Below are positions 59,920-64,000 of a stretch of 64,000 bases of DNA, piece by piece. This stretch comes from Chrysomallon squamiferum (taxonomy: Eukaryota; Animalia; Mollusca), in contig CM022665.1 of NCBI GenBank assembly GCA_012295275.1, forward strand, positions 29,264,001-29,328,000. The letters run 5' to 3'. The translations under genes and the position numbers were made by a program. Position 1 is the stretch's first letter. Each line of letters opens with the position of its first letter. Below the pieces are notes generated by a model. The model worked only from the letters and a program-made list of their open reading frames with translations, did no database searches and was not told the origin of the DNA.

Positions 59920-60305
59920 GATGGCCCAAAGGCACAGAAAAAAGACTGCAGTAAGTGTTGCCCAGTTCTTGTACGAATGTATTTGTCGTCAAGGTGCACT
60001 GACATACAAATCACTGACAGAGGACTTGACTCCGTAAAAAGTGTTAGCAGCGAATTACAGGAACTGAACAGCGACTCTCAGGCAAGACACAGGCACTACA
60101 GAACAAATTAACTTTCAGCACTGACGATAATGTTCTGGTCTGGAAGAATAGAAAATGTTCAAGAAAAGGTGACAAGGACTCTGATCCTTGAAAACTATCG
60201 TATGCAGTAGTCAGTGGCTTACAGAATAGCGTTTATCAGATGAATTCCATTCACTCTTGAGATAGTGAAACCTAAATAACAGACATGCGACCTGAAGAAA
60301 TACAA
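59920..60305 (+). mobile_element. Gypsy/Ginger-type integrase remnant, internally deleted
   Basis: Frameshifted peptides WP..KTAVSVAQFLYECICRQG..DIQITDRG match the rve core up to the second catalytic D. They are followed by DNVLVWKNRKCSRKGDK..YAVVSGLQNSVYQM..LKKY, which resembles the GPY/F-SH3-like module. Confidence 0.6.
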
Positions 60306-62874
60306 GCATGGACATTCACAGGAATGTAGCTCACCGAACAGTACCTTATATGCTTTTGACATTTAGATATTTATTGTTAATTTATGGTTTATGAAGTATG
60401 GGGTTTTGACCAAGCTTATGATGTAGAACAGGTTTGTATGGATTTTAGTAAAATAATACTGAATGTGAAAAAATGTAGAATGAAGATTGCTTCTATTTGT
60501 AGTTCGTAAAGTAAAAATGGTTAAATATTCGTTGAAGGTTTTAGAGCCGAAGAATTGTTAGAGAGTCAAGAATCTTAACTGGCTATACCGTGTAAAACAT
60601 TATTTTCTTTAGGATTTGGAGACGTATGGTTTAATCAGCAAGTCGATAATCGTGTAATATTTATAAAAAGAATTAACATTTGCCTGTCATATCACTGTAT
60701 TCAAGAAATAGACTAATTATTGAACAATTCATGAAAATGTAATTATTTAAGGTATTTAACCATATTTTTTGTTTACAGTATTATCCGAGGATATCATTAC
60801 CCACATGTTAGTAATCTCATCACAAATGTTTTTGTTTCGTCGCACCAGTTACTAACTGAACAAGGAAGATATGGAACTGGACGTTAACAGTAAATGTATG
60901 TAATCTGGATAACACTGAAGGTGAATTTCGTTTTATTTTAGTATGTTCACTGTATTTGCATACTCGTGTATTGTATGTATTGAAAAAACAAAAACATATT
61001 TAAAAAAACAGCACAAAATACAGAATTTGTAAAGGCTCAGCTTGAAAGTTGTTACGGAATTCACTTAATTTTGATAGAACATGCCTTTGCTGAAGTAAAA
61101 TTACGAGAGAGAAACTGCACGTGCATTAAAAGAAAAACGTTGAATGCATGTGTGTGTAATTGTAGACCCAAAGTATGGATAAACTGTTTGAGAAATAGTG
61201 ATAAAAGTTAAATTAATACAAATACACACAAACAAACACAAACACACACGTTTTTATCAAATTTAATAACATTGTTATCCCAACAATGCTTTATAGATAA
61301 TTATGTAAAACATTTAACAATGAAAATAACTATGTCCCCAGTCCTGTCAAATTTGTATGTGATTTTTGAGTGTGTGACTTCAAATAAAAACTGCTATCTC
61401 AATACATAGAATACAGTTATCTAAATATATTTCTGAATATTCAAAAAGGAATAAGGATAACTTTATTTTAAAAATACACTCATTACTGTAATTAGAAGGC
61501 GAGAACATTTATAATAAACTACAAATGTGCACAGATAAACACATACACGTAATATCTGTCTGCTCATACTAACAGAATCGGTTGTACCTCATTACGAAAA
61601 TCAATTGTACAAGTCTGTTTTTCTTACGTTTCCATGTAATGTAACGTCATGGCATCGTTGTTACGTTGCGTCTTCCACAATAGGTTTGTATACATTTTTC
61701 TTTATATTATTATTATTATTATTATATCGGAAACACAAATGTAACAAATATTCAAGGAAGTCGTTTTCTTTTCTTTTTATTCTTGTTGTTTGTTTTTTCA
61801 TTGTCATGATTAAGAATTGCAATCAGACTTTCGTGATTCCATTTTGTGTTTCTAATTTGTCTTTTGTATTGTAACTTACCTCTTCTTCTTCCTTCAAGTC
61901 TGTTTTATGTTACAACAATATGTTTAACAATAACTAGTAATGATTTTTATTACACACACACATACACACACACACGACCTTATATTTATTGTTATATAGT
62001 CGATTTTCTACTCCACAGTAAGGGAGTTTTTTCTCTCTAAGTTTTTAATGCAAGACTTCAAGAGACATGTTCCTGTGGTCTTACAGTATTGTTAAATATG
62101 TAGCGGCATATCTTCCGCACCTTCACTCAGATTATTTAATGTCACTAACAATTGCAATAATTTTATACATATTGACTGTATTTGTCTTAAAATGTGTTTT
62201 AATGAATCTGGAAACACGATAAGGTTAGCCATCTCTGCGAATACCTTTTTGTCTTTAGCTGATTTTGAGTGAACGAGTTTTACTGCTTTGTAGTTCGTTA
62301 TAAAAGACTAAAAGAACAAAGATGCATCACTGCAAAAAGTTTATCCAAAATAATAATTTTTCTGATCATTATTATATATCTATTCAATCTTGTTATGTAA
62401 ACAGAATTTTGAATAGAAACTTTAGATCCAACTTTTCCGTATTCAAATCCGTGAGAAGTTATACCTTTCCGGAAACAAATTTAACTGAGAAATATACATT
62501 TTAATACGAAATAATTCATAGATGTCATTAAATATTTCCAGGAATTCGAATTTCACCACACCAAGTATAAATCAAGTCACAGACTGTTTGTCGCGCACAC
62601 CCAAGGCTCAACATGGACGAAAACAGGTTTATTTAGTAGCGTTTCTGGACTTACATTTAATATTATACATTTCAAATTTAACAGACAAGTTCTTCGTGAA
62701 TGTAAACAAATAAAAATAAAAAGATTCCAAAGAAAACTTCATTTATAACTTATTTGCCCAAACTTCACAAAATGCAACGTATGAAATCTCTGAAATGAAT
62801 GGCTTGTTCGTTTATCTTTTCCCCTTTTTTCAAACGAGATGGATAAAAGATTGAAGTAATTTTGTATTTATATG

Positions 62875-62912
<38 letters not shown>

Positions 62913-63473
62913 ACAAATAAAATAACCTTTGAAAATATAAATCTTTATAGCGTACGTAAATACAAAACCATATAAATCATATTTTTGTTTGTTGTCTTCT
63001 TCTTCCAGCAATTTTATGCTGAATAAATGCTTATTTCACATACCTGAGATGTTTTGAATGATAGTCGATGGTTGCCAGTACAAAATAACCACTTTGTACA
63101 ACATGCCTGTTACGATCTAACAATGATGAAATGGAGAACTTTGTGAGGTGTTACAAACTTGTGTAGTTTTACACATATTTATCAATGGGAAAATAATCTA
63201 ATACAAGCATTGTTACATTGTTAATATGTTTAAACTAAAGATCAAAACGGCTTTGTAACAAACACATTAACTGAAATAAGCATTTCCTAAATAAATTTAA
63301 AAAAAATAAACATCAATAAAAATGTGTTTTTTTAATAATTAGCTTTATTCAACTTTTTTTTAATTGATATTACTGCATGAAAAAACAATATAAATTGCCT
63401 ATTTTTACTTTTAATGTCAAACAAACAACCTTTTAATGCTAATCACCAACTTTTTTGTGTTGAAAAATTCAAT

Positions 63474-63977
63474 TTATTTCACGAGTTTAATGACTTCTTC
63501 GGCAGCACTACAAGATAAACCCTTTCCAGGTTCAACATTCAGTGTCTCCACAACTCCATCTTTGATCACCATGGCATAACTGTGAATATTACATACATTC
63601 TCCATTATAATGATTGCACAGTTAACAGTAATTATAAAAATTTTTTTATAATATTATTTTTATTAATAACAGCAGTAGCAATAATAAAACCAGCAAAAAA
63701 AAAAAGATAATACAATAAAATGAAGTACTAACAGTAATTAAAAGCTATAATATTAATTGCAGTTTATATGCATAATAATAAAATGCAGTTCATATGAAAA
63801 TAGAATAAAGAGGAAGACAGTCAATAGCGAAAATTTAAACTGCAACTTGGGTACTGTTGAAAAAGAAAAGGATATATACTATAAATGATGTACACATGCA
63901 GAATGAAGAAAACTCACTTACCGTTTAGATCTGATACTTCCAAGTATTGCTGTCATATCAACATCCATACCAATTTT
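63474..63977 (-). CDS. PRDX5: Peroxiredoxin-5, last two coding exons (gene continues beyond the window)
   Basis: Exons 63977-63922 and 63579-63474 encode KIGMDVDMTAILGSIRSKR|YAMVIKDGVVETLNVEPGKGLSCSAAEEVIKLVK*, the Prx5 C-terminus with its resolving Cys. Confidence 0.92.
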
Positions 63978-64000
63978 CTATCACAAAACATAATAAAAAT

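Overview
This is AT-rich, intron-rich animal DNA, probably an invertebrate such as a mollusc (inference). I built splice-consistent gene models by hand: ZFPL1 (-), NEPRO (+, with a U12-type intron), CSKMT/METTL12 (+, two exons 17 kb apart), an LRRC74-like LRR/EF-hand gene (-), an uncharacterised 253-aa gene (-), RCE1 (-) and the 3' end of PRDX5 (-). The CSKMT intron holds an intact minor-spliceosomal U6atac snRNA gene on the - strand, with TATA box, PSE-like element and T-run terminator. It also holds two near-identical Tx1/L1-clade LINE copies. The main finding is that one LINE poly(A) tail joins exactly at U6atac nt 26/27, while the outer LINE 5' end abuts a second copy of the same ~234 bp. 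This looks like an unusually long target-site duplication that leaves a complete U6atac gene. The other LINE 3' end joins, also at A|GC, to a 5'-truncated tRNA-like sequence with a B-box, which suggests targeting of Pol III genes at GGTTA|GC. The ~5 kb between the two LINE copies abuts an assembly gap and may be a misjoin. Several decayed DNA-transposon and integrase relics lie in and near RCE1. No database searches were run, so all family calls come from motif recognition.
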